Below, piece by piece: positions 26,480-36,097 of a DNA stretch of 47,085 nucleotides. The stretch lies in the sequence record SRR31156797_7717; one strand, given 5' to 3'. Both the position numbers and the translations under genes were made by a program. Positions within the stretch are counted from its first letter, which is position 1. The number at the start of each line of letters is the position of its first letter. The notes beneath the pieces were generated by a model, which made no database searches, had not been told where the DNA came from, and was given only the letters and a program-made list of their open reading frames with translations.

Positions 26480-28900
26480 TTATTTGCCAGCTACATTGTC
26501 GAGTTCTTCTGCAAGCTTGATGATGCCATTGAGTGATTCAACTGAATCCTTAACTCTGTCAGCCACTGTGACTGCAAGCTGGTTTACTTCCGACATTGCT
26601 TTGTTGATTTGCTCCGAGCTGGCGGATTGTTCCTCTGCTGCTGTGGCGATGTTGCCAACGCTGGATGCTGAATCCTGAGCCAGATCAACGATTGATTGTA
26701 GAGATTTTCCGGATTTGTCTGCAAACTCGGCAGCTTTTTCAGCTAAGTTGTTAGTGTCTTCTGTTAACTGACGGGAGTTGCCTGCTTGGGTCTGGATTCC
26801 TACGATTACACTCTCAACTTCCTTGGTAGCTTCAACTGTTTTTTCGGCCAGTTTACGGACTTCATCGGCCACAACTGCAAAGCCTCTTCCTGCTTCCCCT
26901 GCTCTTGCGGCTTCAATGGCGGCATTGAGTGCCAGCAGGTTCGTCTGGTCGGCAATGTCGTTGATTACGTTCAGAACGGTGCCTATTTTTTCTGCTTGCT
27001 CTTCAAGTTCGTTCATACTTGCACGCATGGTTTCAGTTTGGTTTTGAACTGAATTAATAGCTGTGTATGCATCCATTACAATGCGTGCCCCTTCCGCGGC
27101 TTTATCATGTGTTTCCTGTGTTTTACCCGCTGCAAGGGAGGCGTTTTCTGCAATATCAAGAACGCTATCATTCATTTGTCCAAAAGCGGCTACGGTTTCG
27201 GAGAGAAGCCTTTGCTGACCAGTTGCTGCATTGTTTACATCATCTACTTCGCGGCCCATCTCTTCAGAGCGGTTGAAGATATTACTTGATGCTTCTCTAA
27301 CGGATTCGTGAACATCGTTGATTGTTTGCAGCTGTTTGTTGATGTCGTTTTCCTTGAGCACTAATTCTGTTACAGTACGGGCTACTTCGAAGTAGCCAAT
27401 GATTTTTCCATTTGAGTCTTTAATGCTGTCGGAAACGGGCTGAACATAAATAGTGTTTCCGTTTCTGTCTGTTAACTGAGTGGTTTTTGCGATTTCCCTT
27501 TTACCGCTTTTACGGGTCATTTCTATGGGGCATTTGCTCGTTTTGCAGATGTCCGATTTGAAAACGTCATAACATTTTGAGCCCTTCAGGCTGTGTTCTG
27601 TCATACCTGTGAAATCAATTACCGGCTTGTTGGCAAAGATTATATTGAAGTTTTTATCAGCTACAAAGATCGGGTCAGGGACTGAGTCGACCACGTCAAC
27701 ATAGATCTGCATTTCATTGACCATTTTTGATATTTTGCCCAACAGGGAGTTGAACTCTTCAGTCATGGTTCCGATCTCATCTTTGTATTTGATGTTCATA
27801 TGACTTGAGAGGTCTGCACGGTTTTCATTGATATCTTTGATTTTGTTCCTGATTTCTTCAACCGGTTTTACTACCTGTCCACGCAGAGTGAAGTAGATCA
27901 TGATAAGAGGAATGATGAGCATGGCTGCAACACATCCGAAAAGAACTTTGTTTGCTTTGCCGGAAAGGGCAGCCATTTCATTCAAGTCGATGATGCCTAC
28001 TAGAACACCTATTTGTTTCCCAAGATAATCACGAACGGGCAGGGTGGCGAGGGCTGAGTTTTCCATTTGGACTACAACTCGTTCATTGCGGCTTTTATCC
28101 AATAGATCTTTGGTTATGAGCGAGAAATCATTTCTGGAGTTCGTGCCGCTTACAAAGACATAGTTCTCACCGACGATTGGATGTTTTGAGGTGTTTTTCA
28201 GAGATGTTGCGGTGCTCAGCTTGTTTTTGTTCATGAAAAGCATGGCGGACATTCCGGCATCTTTTACACTTTTCAGAATCGGGGTGAAGCTTTTTAAAAC
28301 CTCTGCAGATCCAAGAATTTTACCCGAAGTGTCTTTCACCGGAACAAGCCCTCTGATGGCGAATCCTCCGCGCCCTAATTCAATACCGCCTAAAGGTTTT
28401 CCTTGTCTGTTTACATCCAGAACGGTTTGGCGGAAGCTTGAGATGTCGTCGGAAATGTCTACCCAAGTACCAGAACGTTTGGCCTGTTTGTCCCGCCAGA
28501 GACGAACCAAACTGCGGCCATTGGGCAGGTGAAAATGCAGTCGTAGTTTTTTGCCGCTGACCGCTTTGTAATTCTTGAGTTCGTGACTCATGAATTCCCG
28601 TATATGTTCCCGGGCAATCTGGGATTCTTCAGAGCGTTCATCATTTATATTGCCTGTGTGAGCAACTTTGAAAGCTTTAATTATTTCAGGTGATCCGGCA
28701 AAAAGAGCAGCTGTCTCCTGTGCGGTTTTTGCTGAACTTTCAACTTCATTCAATACTGATGAAAATGTACTGTCTACAACGGTTGCGATGTGCTTTTTTT
28801 TCATCGATTTAAATGAAGAGCTGATAATGAAAACACTCAGACATCCTAGAAAAATAATTGCAGCTGCTTGTGGCAGCAATATTTTGTGACTAATTTTCAT
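26480..28900 (-). CDS. Methyl-accepting chemotaxis protein (Cache-type sensor, HAMP, PAS, MCP signal)
   Basis: Two TMs; PAS ([17 protein letters not shown]); [38 protein letters not shown]. Confidence 0.95.
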   Translation of the reverse strand: MKISHKILLPQAAAIIFLGCLSVFIISSSFKSMKKKHIATVVDSTFSSVLNEVESSAKTAQETAALFAGSPEIIKAFKVAHTGNINDERSEESQIAREHIREFMSHELKNYKAVSGKKLRLHFHLPNGRSLVRLWRDKQAKRSGTWVDISDDISSFRQTVLDVNRQGKPLGGIELGRGGFAIRGLVPVKDTSGKILGSAEVLKSFTPILKSVKDAGMSAMLFMNKNKLSTATSLKNTSKHPIVGENYVFVSGTNSRNDFSLITKDLLDKSRNERVVVQMENSALATLPVRDYLGKQIGVLVGIIDLNEMAALSGKANKVLFGCVAAMLIIPLIMIYFTLRGQVVKPVEEIRNKIKDINENRADLSSHMNIKYKDEIGTMTEEFNSLLGKISKMVNEMQIYVDVVDSVPDPIFVADKNFNIIFANKPVIDFTGMTEHSLKGSKCYDVFKSDICKTSKCPIEMTRKSGKREIAKTTQLTDRNGNTIYVQPVSDSIKDSNGKIIGYFEVARTVTELVLKENDINKQLQTINDVHESVREASSNIFNRSEEMGREVDDVNNAATGQQRLLSETVAAFGQMNDSVLDIAENASLAAGKTQETHDKAAEGARIVMDAYTAINSVQNQTETMRASMNELEEQAEKIGTVLNVINDIADQTNLLALNAAIEAARAGEAGRGFAVVADEVRKLAEKTVEATKEVESVIVGIQTQAGNSRQLTEDTNNLAEKAAEFADKSGKSLQSIVDLAQDSASSVGNIATAAEEQSASSEQINKAMSEVNQLAVTVADRVKDSVESLNGIIKLAEELDNVAGK

Positions 28901-29139
28901 GTAGGCCTCCGCGGTTGATGATAGGCATTTTTAGAATAATAGTGGCTAAATACTTTGTTTTAAATTTAAATCAATTTTACATTTTAAAGTTCAAGGGTTC
29001 ACAATCAATCGTAGGAACAAGTATATTTTATAAAATATGTGGCTTTAGTTTGATAAAAAAATCACATACTGTTGGTTGCGGAAGATTTTTAAATGACTTT
29101 TATGAGGATATTTCATTTAACTTAATTTTGAGAGGGGCT

Positions 29140-30105
29140 ATGCGTGCAATATATTTTGAGAATGGAAAAATAGATTTTGTTGATTGGGATAAACCACAGC
29201 TTGGAACAGGAGAAGCTCTGCTCAAAGTGCGGTTGGCCGGAATCTGCAATACGGATATTGAACTGCATAAGGGGTATTATGGGTTTGCTGGGGTGCCCGG
29301 ACACGAATTTGTGGCTGAAGTAGAAGAATGTCCTGAGAGGCCCGAACTGGTCGGTAAGCGTGTTGTGGCGGATATTAATTGTCCAGTGGGGCCGTTTAAG
29401 GGTGATCACCGTCATGCTCCAAATCGAACCGTCATCGGCATTGTTAATCATGACGGCGCCTTTGCCGAGTATTTGAAAGTACCAGCGGAAAACCTTTGCG
29501 TGGTTGCGGATAATGTTGAGGACTGTGCTGCAGTCTTTGCTGAGCCGCTTGCTGCTGGACTTGAAGTCAGTCAGCAGATTCATGTAACCGGGGACATGCG
29601 GGTGATGGTGTTGGGGGATGGTAAGCTGGGATTGCTGACCGCGTTGGCTCTGAAGCTTTACAATCCGCACGTGCTTCTTGTTGGCAAACATGAAGAGAAG
29701 CTTGCTATTGCCGGAAAGCAGGGCGTGAGTACCCATTGCATAAGTGCTCCAGAGGAACTGACTGCGTTGGCTGGGCAGCTGGATAAATTTGATTTGGTGG
29801 TGGAAGCCACAGGCAGCGAGCAGGGGATTAATTACGCTCTTGATTTTGTGCGTGCGGAAGGAACGATAGTAGCCAAGACGACTTCACATTTGCCCAGCTC
29901 TATTAATCTTGCCAAGCTGGTGGTGGATGAGATTTCCATTGTCGGTTCCCGTTGTGGTGACATCGGTCTAGCCATGAATGTGCTGGAACAGGGGATGATT
30001 GACGTGAACGGTTTGATTGAGGCCGAGTACGGTTTTGCAGATTTCAAAGATGCTTTTGACCGGGCCATGAGTAAGGGAGCCCTGAAAGTTCTGGTTAGGA
30101 TGTAA
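29140..30105 (+). CDS. Zn-dependent MDR alcohol dehydrogenase-like protein
   Basis: GAGG RBS before ATG 29140; GICNTD, GHEF, GAFAEY, EPLAA, GDGKLG, VGSRCG. Confidence 0.9.
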   Translation: MRAIYFENGKIDFVDWDKPQLGTGEALLKVRLAGICNTDIELHKGYYGFAGVPGHEFVAEVEECPERPELVGKRVVADINCPVGPFKGDHRHAPNRTVIGIVNHDGAFAEYLKVPAENLCVVADNVEDCAAVFAEPLAAGLEVSQQIHVTGDMRVMVLGDGKLGLLTALALKLYNPHVLLVGKHEEKLAIAGKQGVSTHCISAPEELTALAGQLDKFDLVVEATGSEQGINYALDFVRAEGTIVAKTTSHLPSSINLAKLVVDEISIVGSRCGDIGLAMNVLEQGMIDVNGLIEAEYGFADFKDAFDRAMSKGALKVLVRM

Positions 30106-30111
30106 ATAGTA

Positions 30112-30139
30112 GCCCGCAATACCATGAGATATTGCGGGC
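30112..30139. terminator. Hairpin between convergent genes
   Basis: GCCCGCAATA...TATTGCGGGC; weak T tracts. Confidence 0.55.
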
Positions 30140-30150
30140 CATTTTGTCAG

Positions 30151-31863
30151 TTATTTGGAAGCAGCCAGTTGTTGTACTACTGAGTTCAGTCTTTCGACAT
30201 TGTCACTGATTTCCTGCAAGGCATCAGCTGAAGTGTTCATTCCCTGCGCAGTTTCAGAGGCTACTGTGGAAATGTCTCCCAGTGCACGGTTTATTTCTTC
30301 AGATGTTGCAGATTGTTGTTCACTTGCAGCGGCAATAGATTGGATAAGGCCTGCTGTTTCATCAACGATATCAACAATTTCATCCATGAATTTTCTGGAT
30401 TCGGATGCAGCATCAGTACTTTCGGTAATGTCTTCATCAGCGAGTTCAACTGCACTGATGTTTTCTTTGGCATTTGTCTGAATGTTAGAAATGGCCTCAC
30501 CAACTTCTCTTGTTGCATCCATTGTTTTTTCAGCCAGTTTGCGGACTTCGTCGGCAACGACAGCAAAACCGCGTCCCGCTTCCCCTGCACGAGCCGCTTC
30601 AATTGCAGCATTCAAGGCTAACAGGTTAGTCTGGTCGGCGATGTCTGTGATTACGTCCATGATGTGGCCAATGCTGTCAGCTTGTTGACCTAGAGTATTC
30701 ATGGTTTCTTTTAAACCTGTGATACGGTTCTGGATCTGATGAATGGAGGAGACTGCTCTGGATACTCCTTGCGCCCCTGTTTGAGCATTTTTGCGTGATT
30801 GGTCTGCACTTTCGGCTGCGTTAGATGCGTTGTGAGCCACTTCAAGCACTGTGCTGTTCATTTCTTCCATGGCGGTCGCAGTTTCAGTAAGTCTGTCCCG
30901 CTGTACATCGACTCCTCTGTTGACCTGCTCAACCTGCGCGGCCAATTCTCCCAGTGATTCGAAAACCTCATTGGAAATGCTGCCTGCTTCTTCAGCTCCA
31001 CTTTCCATTGAGGACAGCAATTCTTCAACTTCCTTTTGTTTTTGCTGGACCTCAACGAGGGTTTGCTCTGCTTTGCGGGATGCTGCCTCAGCAAGTTCTC
31101 CCTTCTCTACAGCCTCAGCAATTGTCTTTGTTATTGTATTGACCATGTCACTAATTGCATTTTTCAATTCCAGTAGTTCTGATTCGTAATGTCCTGAAAT
31201 TTTGGCATCAAGTTTACCGCCAGCAACAGCCAGAGCGTAATTTTTCAAACGTTCCAGCGGGCCGGAAATTCTTTTGCGGAGCATAACTAACACAGCTAAT
31301 ACGCATATGATCGCCAGAATTGTAAACCCTACCTGCATCATGACCAGTACTCGGGTATTGTTTTCGGCATTCTTTTGCAGCATGACCACAGCTTTATTCA
31401 TTTCTTTCAGGAGGTTTAAACTCTTGGCGGAAAGGGTGTCAGGAGAAATTTGTTTTGATCCGTCAAGAATTTTGTCGACCATTACGGAGTAATCATTCCA
31501 TATGGAGTCTACTTTTCTAAGCTGAGTTGCTATTGTTGTTTCCGGTTCAGGAATTGAAGCCGTGGGGCCGTTTACATCTAGAGTCAGCGGGGCTTGTCCT
31601 GAATTTGCTAGTGCGGCTAGTGTTTTTGAAAACACTCGCTCTGTTTTGTGGACCATTTTTTTATGTTCCTCGCTGCTATCCAGCATATAAAGCATGACTT
31701 CCTTTGATATCTTTTGGGAAAGCATGCGCTGTCTGCCTGCGAGGTTTATTACAAGGCCGTCATCTTTTTGTTTGAAAGCAACATATGTAGTGCCGACAAA
31801 CATACATAAAATTATTGCAAACATGCCTATGACGGATAGCGTAAGACGAATTTTTAAGCTCAT
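30151..31863 (-). CDS. Methyl-accepting chemotaxis protein with PilJ/NarX-type sensor
   Basis: [13 protein letters not shown] after TM1; HAMP; canonical MCP hairpin motif. Confidence 0.93.
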   Translation of the reverse strand: MSLKIRLTLSVIGMFAIILCMFVGTTYVAFKQKDDGLVINLAGRQRMLSQKISKEVMLYMLDSSEEHKKMVHKTERVFSKTLAALANSGQAPLTLDVNGPTASIPEPETTIATQLRKVDSIWNDYSVMVDKILDGSKQISPDTLSAKSLNLLKEMNKAVVMLQKNAENNTRVLVMMQVGFTILAIICVLAVLVMLRKRISGPLERLKNYALAVAGGKLDAKISGHYESELLELKNAISDMVNTITKTIAEAVEKGELAEAASRKAEQTLVEVQQKQKEVEELLSSMESGAEEAGSISNEVFESLGELAAQVEQVNRGVDVQRDRLTETATAMEEMNSTVLEVAHNASNAAESADQSRKNAQTGAQGVSRAVSSIHQIQNRITGLKETMNTLGQQADSIGHIMDVITDIADQTNLLALNAAIEAARAGEAGRGFAVVADEVRKLAEKTMDATREVGEAISNIQTNAKENISAVELADEDITESTDAASESRKFMDEIVDIVDETAGLIQSIAAASEQQSATSEEINRALGDISTVASETAQGMNTSADALQEISDNVERLNSVVQQLAASK

Positions 31864-32150
31864 TAGTTTTCCTTACCTTGTTTATTGGTATGAGAATCTT
31901 TGATAGTGCTTCTCATTCTTAATTTGGTTTGTGCCATAAATTATACCCAAATACTATGATAAAATACGAACATAGAGTTTTGCAGGACGAAAGAGGGCTA
32001 AGGAAGGCATTCAAATCCGGGTCATTAGGCAAGTGTAGTCATAGATATTTCGTAGTGTCTTTGAGCCTGATGTGTTACTGTTATGTATAGTTCAATTGTG
32101 TTTTGTGATTTGCAGTTCTCTTCAATTTTTTCATGAAGGGGGAGATTCTC

Positions 32151-33161
32151 ATGCGGCGTGTTTGTTTATTTTTATTTATTCTGCTGTTCTGGATAATTGA
32201 TTCATCTACGGCACATGCAGCTTTATTTGAAAATATAACCGGCACGGTTGAACTGCGCCGTTCCAATCAGGATTTTTTTGTTCAGGTCCAAGTTGGGCAG
32301 GAGGTTCAAGTCGGGGATGTTTTGCGTACCGGGACGGATGGCAAGGCGGTTCTACGTCTTGATGCCGGGTCCACCATGAGTTTTGGGGAGGACAGTGAGT
32401 TTATGCTCGGCGGAGAAATCAAGGGCGAGAAACAGACTCTTATCGGCACGTTATACCGGGGGGTGCTGAGGGCAATACTCAGTGAGCGCAAAGGATCGTT
32501 TATTGCCACTCCCCGTACAATGATCGGTATCCGGGGTACTGATATTTCTCTGACCCAGAAAGGTCATGCGGGATTTTATTTTCTGGATGAGGGTAGCGTT
32601 GGAGTGCGGGCAGAGCGTGCTACTGCCGTTCTTGATGCCGGACAGATGACTGCTACCTATGCGGGCCGTAAACCGTTGCCGGTTTTTGCATTCATCAAGT
32701 CGTCAGGATTATCTCAAGCAAGGGACAGGTTGTCCATGTTGACTTCTATTGAGATTCCCCCGTGCCTGAAAGGGCAGGCACAGCTAAATGAGATTCTTGC
32801 CCGCTGGATTATAAATTACGCCCATTATCTGGCTGACGCTGGAAAGCCAGAAGATGCTGAAACAGCGCTACTGATCGCTGAAGAACTCAGTTCACGTCAG
32901 AGCGTGAAGGGTGAAGTTCTGCTTCAGATCGGGGGATTGTATTTTTACCATCTGAAGGATGTGAACGGGGCATTGCGTTCTTACCGTAGAATTATCCGTG
33001 AATATCACCAAACACCGTATTACGAGAATGCCCTTTATGGTGCGATTCGTTGTTTCCTGCAACTTGATCAGCAGGATAAAGCTGCGGAATATGCGCGTCG
33101 TTATAAGGAAGTTTTCCCAGAAGGAAAACATGTGCAGGGGCTGGATAGCCTTGTGCGGTAG
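32151..33161 (+). CDS. Secreted FecR-domain + TPR protein
   Basis: GGAG RBS before ATG 32151; GDVLRTGTDGKAVL, TP...IGIRGT, LDEGSV FecR-like motifs; C-terminal TPRs. Confidence 0.8.
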   Translation: MRRVCLFLFILLFWIIDSSTAHAALFENITGTVELRRSNQDFFVQVQVGQEVQVGDVLRTGTDGKAVLRLDAGSTMSFGEDSEFMLGGEIKGEKQTLIGTLYRGVLRAILSERKGSFIATPRTMIGIRGTDISLTQKGHAGFYFLDEGSVGVRAERATAVLDAGQMTATYAGRKPLPVFAFIKSSGLSQARDRLSMLTSIEIPPCLKGQAQLNEILARWIINYAHYLADAGKPEDAETALLIAEELSSRQSVKGEVLLQIGGLYFYHLKDVNGALRSYRRIIREYHQTPYYENALYGAIRCFLQLDQQDKAAEYARRYKEVFPEGKHVQGLDSLVR

Positions 33162-33264
33162 ATTTGGGGAGTGTTTTTGTAATTTATATAGGTTGTAACA
33201 CAGTTTCCGTGGCATCTAGCTATTTCCTGTGGTGTTGTCCTTTGTCGAATAATTATTCATCTGC

Positions 33265-33327
33265 TTGACTTGTCTTTTACTTGGCAATATTACCAAATTC
33301 ATGTTTTGAAGTTGGCAATTTTGCCAA
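33265..33327 (+). promoter_or_regulatory. sigma70 promoter with two palindromic operators
   Basis: TTGACT-N17-TATTAC; palindromes TTGGCAATATTACCAA (33281) and TTGGCAATTTTGCCAA (33312). Confidence 0.7.
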
Positions 33328-33358
33328 ATAACCATATTCATACGGTTGGAGTCTGAAA

Positions 33359-33739
33359 ATGAAAGCTCTTGATGATGCTGTTGCTGAAATGAATTTTGAT
33401 TTTCTGAGTTCAGGTGAACATACCATGAGCGTAGATGGTATGCGCAAAATTCTCGGAAATGAGAATGCTGAAGTTGTATTTCTCGATGTGCGTTCAGATA
33501 AGGAACTGGAATATCTTGTACTTCCTTTTGCAAAGCATATTCCTTTGCATGAACTTCCGGCGCGGCTGGGTGAACTTCCAAAAGATAAGTTGGTTGTAGC
33601 ATATTGTTCCTCTGTTTTTCGTTCTGCTGTGGCATACACTCTGCTGCGTGCACACGGTTTCGATTTGGTTAAGGGGATGGCGGCTTCCATGGAAGATATT
33701 GTTAAGGCTTTCAAGCCCGGACCCTTGGGTAAAATGTAG
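33359..33739 (+). CDS. Rhodanese-like domain protein
   Basis: FLDVR..E, HIPL.EL, active-site loop YCSSVFRS. Confidence 0.88.
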   Translation: MKALDDAVAEMNFDFLSSGEHTMSVDGMRKILGNENAEVVFLDVRSDKELEYLVLPFAKHIPLHELPARLGELPKDKLVVAYCSSVFRSAVAYTLLRAHGFDLVKGMAASMEDIVKAFKPGPLGKM

Positions 33740-33741
33740 TC

Positions 33742-34497
33742 ATGGATATGTTGACTGTAGGCGTTACTGCTGTCTCATTTGTGCTGAGTTTCATTTTCGC
33801 GCTCGGCGGAGTGGGATCGGCAGTAGTGCTTATCCCCACGCTGACATGGATGGGAGTGCCTTTTAACCTTGCAAGGCCTACCGGCCTTTTTGTCAACGCT
33901 GTCAGCATGCTTGGAGCGACCTATTCTAATATTAAGGAAAAACGCCTTGATTTAAAATTGGGCATTCCTATTGTGCTGGCTTCTATCGTCATGGCTCCGG
34001 TAGGGGCTTGGATCGGTCATTTTTTGCCGCTGAAGTTTTTGATGATATTGTTTACTTGCTTCCTGTGTTTTTCCGGGACAATGATGCTGTTTTTTAAGGC
34101 ATCAAAGTATAAGGGCCAGTTTCGAGAGGACCGTCCGTTTGGTGGCCCTTTTCTGGTCGGCGTTTTGGCGGGATTAATTTCTGGCCTACTTGGAGTTGGC
34201 GGCGGGGGAGTTATTTCCCCGCTGATGATTATGCAGGGATTTAATCCTAAAAAGGTGGCAACTGTAACCGCTTTTGCAGTTCCTTTTTCATCCATCACCG
34301 CTTTTGCGGCTTATGCTATAATGGGGTCGGTTTCCATCAAGCTGTTGATTTTTGCCGGACTGGCTGCCTGGGGGGGCGGTTATCTCGGCACAAAGCTCAT
34401 GCATGCGCGGATGAAGCCTGCTACTGTTAAAAAAATTCTCGGCGGGGTGCTTATTCTGCTGAGTATAAAACTGTTGTGGTCTGTTGTTTTGAATTAA
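33742..34497 (+). CDS. Sulfite exporter TauE/SafE family protein
   Basis: GGVGSA..IP and SGLLGVGGGGVISP repeats; about 8 TMs. Confidence 0.9.
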   Translation: MDMLTVGVTAVSFVLSFIFALGGVGSAVVLIPTLTWMGVPFNLARPTGLFVNAVSMLGATYSNIKEKRLDLKLGIPIVLASIVMAPVGAWIGHFLPLKFLMILFTCFLCFSGTMMLFFKASKYKGQFREDRPFGGPFLVGVLAGLISGLLGVGGGGVISPLMIMQGFNPKKVATVTAFAVPFSSITAFAAYAIMGSVSIKLLIFAGLAAWGGGYLGTKLMHARMKPATVKKILGGVLILLSIKLLWSVVLN

Positions 34498-34530
34498 CAA
34501 TTTAAATATTAATTCTATAGTTTTTGTACT

Positions 34531-34564
34531 TCCTCCTCGATTTTGATCGGGGAGGATTTTTTTT
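34531..34564 (+). terminator. Intrinsic terminator
   Basis: TCCTCCTCGAT-TTTG-ATCGGGGAGGA-T8. Confidence 0.85.
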
Positions 34565-34588
34565 GTCTAAATTTCAGAAATGTCTCGT

Positions 34589-34622
34589 GGGCGGACTTGA
34601 GTCCTCTGATTCAGGTCCGCCC
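34589..34622 (+). promoter_or_regulatory. 15-bp leader hairpin upstream of the phage-like operon
   Basis: GGGCGGACTTGAGTC-CTCT-GATTCAGGTCCGCCC, two G.U pairs on the + strand, no U tract. Confidence 0.55.
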
Positions 34623-34657
34623 TGCCAACTATCTTATAGGTATAGGAGGACGAAATA

Positions 34658-34864
34658 ATGAAAGAAATCAAGGTCGAAATGCTCGCTGCGCTCTATCCGC
34701 TTGAGACGCGGCGAACTATCAAAAATTATGCAGCTTTTATTCAGGAACATCCTGACTGGCTGGAAACCGGAAACTCGCTTCTCGATTATAAGCGGCACAA
34801 GGTAAATCCTATTTACTCCGGTTCAGTCAGGGTCGGTAGAAGCGGAGTTGAGGTTGCGCAATGA
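34658..34864 (+). CDS. Small hypothetical protein, first gene of the phage-like operon
   Basis: AGGAGG RBS; ATGA overlap with the holin. Confidence 0.65.
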   Translation: MKEIKVEMLAALYPLETRRTIKNYAAFIQEHPDWLETGNSLLDYKRHKVNPIYSGSVRVGRSGVEVAQ

Positions 34865-35250
34865 TCGGTTCAATTCTCGATCTCGGGTCGACCATTATCG
34901 ACAAAATCTGGCCCGATGCCGGAGAACGCGAGAAAGCCAAGCTGCGGCTTATGGAAATGCAGAACCGGGGCGAGCTGGCTGATCTTGAAGCAAGGGTTAA
35001 GATTATGCTGGCGGAGATGTCCGGAAATTGGTTGCAGCGTTCATGGCGGCCGATCCTGATGCTGACCATCGTTGCTATCGTGGCTAACAACTACCTTTTT
35101 TATCCTTATCTTGCTTTGTTCTGGGCCAAGGCACCGCATTTGGAATTGCCTGTGCAACTTTGGTCGCTGATGGAATTGGGACTCGGGGGATACGTGGTTG
35201 GGCGCAGTGCTGAGAAGGTTGCGAAAACATGGAGGGGAAAAAATGGTTGA
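34861..35250 (+). CDS. 3TM holin (gene-transfer-release holin family)
   Basis: IIDKIWPD...KAKL.L, WLQRSWRP, LGLGGYVVGRSAEK motifs. Confidence 0.85.
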   Translation: MIGSILDLGSTIIDKIWPDAGEREKAKLRLMEMQNRGELADLEARVKIMLAEMSGNWLQRSWRPILMLTIVAIVANNYLFYPYLALFWAKAPHLELPVQLWSLMELGLGGYVVGRSAEKVAKTWRGKNG

Positions 35251-35452
35251 GGAAAGAAGTGAATTGCAGGATCTGCTTATCCGCATTGATGAACGGGTGA
35301 AGTCCATTCAGGAAGATATATCGGAAATTAATGGTGCACGTCGTTGCCATACCCACGCGGAGAAGTTCCGCAATCTTGAAAGGGCTGTCTGGGGGACCGC
35401 TGCAGTTGTGACGGGAGTCGCGGGCCGAGTCGCTTACGAGGCATTCAAATGA
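35243..35452 (+). CDS. Small coiled-coil protein with C-terminal hydrophobic segment (XhlA-like lysis accessory)
   Basis: GGAGG RBS before ATG 35243; LIRIDERVKSI coiled coil; ATGA overlap with next gene. Confidence 0.6.
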   Translation: MVEERSELQDLLIRIDERVKSIQEDISEINGARRCHTHAEKFRNLERAVWGTAAVVTGVAGRVAYEAFK

Positions 35453-35673
35453 TCGGGACGGTAATACTGACCGAGGTTTCGGCATGGATTGGTGGAATGT
35501 TTGACGGCGAACGCTGCGAGCGTTGCGGCCGCACGGATGTGCTGGAGCCATTTAAAATTGAAGTTTTCTTCGGTGGGCGAAAGATCGTTCGAGAAGCACA
35601 ACTTTGCCATAAGTGTATGAAAAGAGCGGAAGCGGAAATAGCCTGCATGCCGGAAAATAAACGGATTCACTAA
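35449..35673 (+). CDS. Small Zn-ribbon-like protein
   Basis: CERC and CHKC pairs; translational coupling. Confidence 0.55.
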   Translation: MIGTVILTEVSAWIGGMFDGERCERCGRTDVLEPFKIEVFFGGRKIVREAQLCHKCMKRAEAEIACMPENKRIH

Positions 35674-35724
35674 TAATGATCGTCTTTGCTCGGCTTGAAA
35701 AAGGGATTTCTATTTCAATAACAT

Positions 35725-35795
35725 GGGAGTCTAGAGGGTCGCGGGCCTTCTTGCCGCCGGAGGCGAAATCACCTGACAATAGCGCGAAGCGCATC
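35725..35795. repeat. REP-like element inside the phage-like operon
   Basis: GGGAGTCTAGAGGG..CCTTCT-TGCCGCCGGAGGC..GCGCGAAGCGC; same architecture as 18056-18146. Confidence 0.55.
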
Positions 35796-35818
35796 AACTA
35801 AATTTTTTGGAGAAAACA

Positions 35819-36097
35819 GTGACGAAAAATGAAGTCATTAAAAAGCAGAAAGAGGAGCTGGACCGGTTCCGGGAGGTATTCGCATTGGCGGTTGAGGGCG
35901 ATGATTCTGACATGGTCAAGGATTTGAAAACCAAGCTGGACATTATGCATAAGCGGCACGACATGGAACGCAAGGCTTGGGGCATCGGGGATGTGAAAAA
36001 GGAGGCAGCAGCAAAAGGCACGAAGAAGAGCCGCGCTATAAGCCCGCAATTGAGGGAGAAACTCGATGAAGTTTATGGATCTGGACAGTGCAAATAG
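35819..36097 (+). CDS. Putative short terminase small subunit
   Basis: GGAG RBS before GTG 35819; helical, ERKAWGI motif; overlaps the TerL start. Confidence 0.55.
   Translation: MTKNEVIKKQKEELDRFREVFALAVEGDDSDMVKDLKTKLDIMHKRHDMERKAWGIGDVKKEAAAKGTKKSRAISPQLREKLDEVYGSGQCK

Noticed and set aside
28915-29139. N-terminal extension of the dehydrogenase (likewise extensions at 3213, 17464, 19428, 22643, 45129, 46740)
   Set aside because: Downstream starts have clear SD sequences and match family N-termini.
33312-33327. sigma54 promoter (TGGCA...TTGC)
   Set aside because: GG-to-GC spacing is 7 rather than 10 nt; better explained as a palindromic operator.
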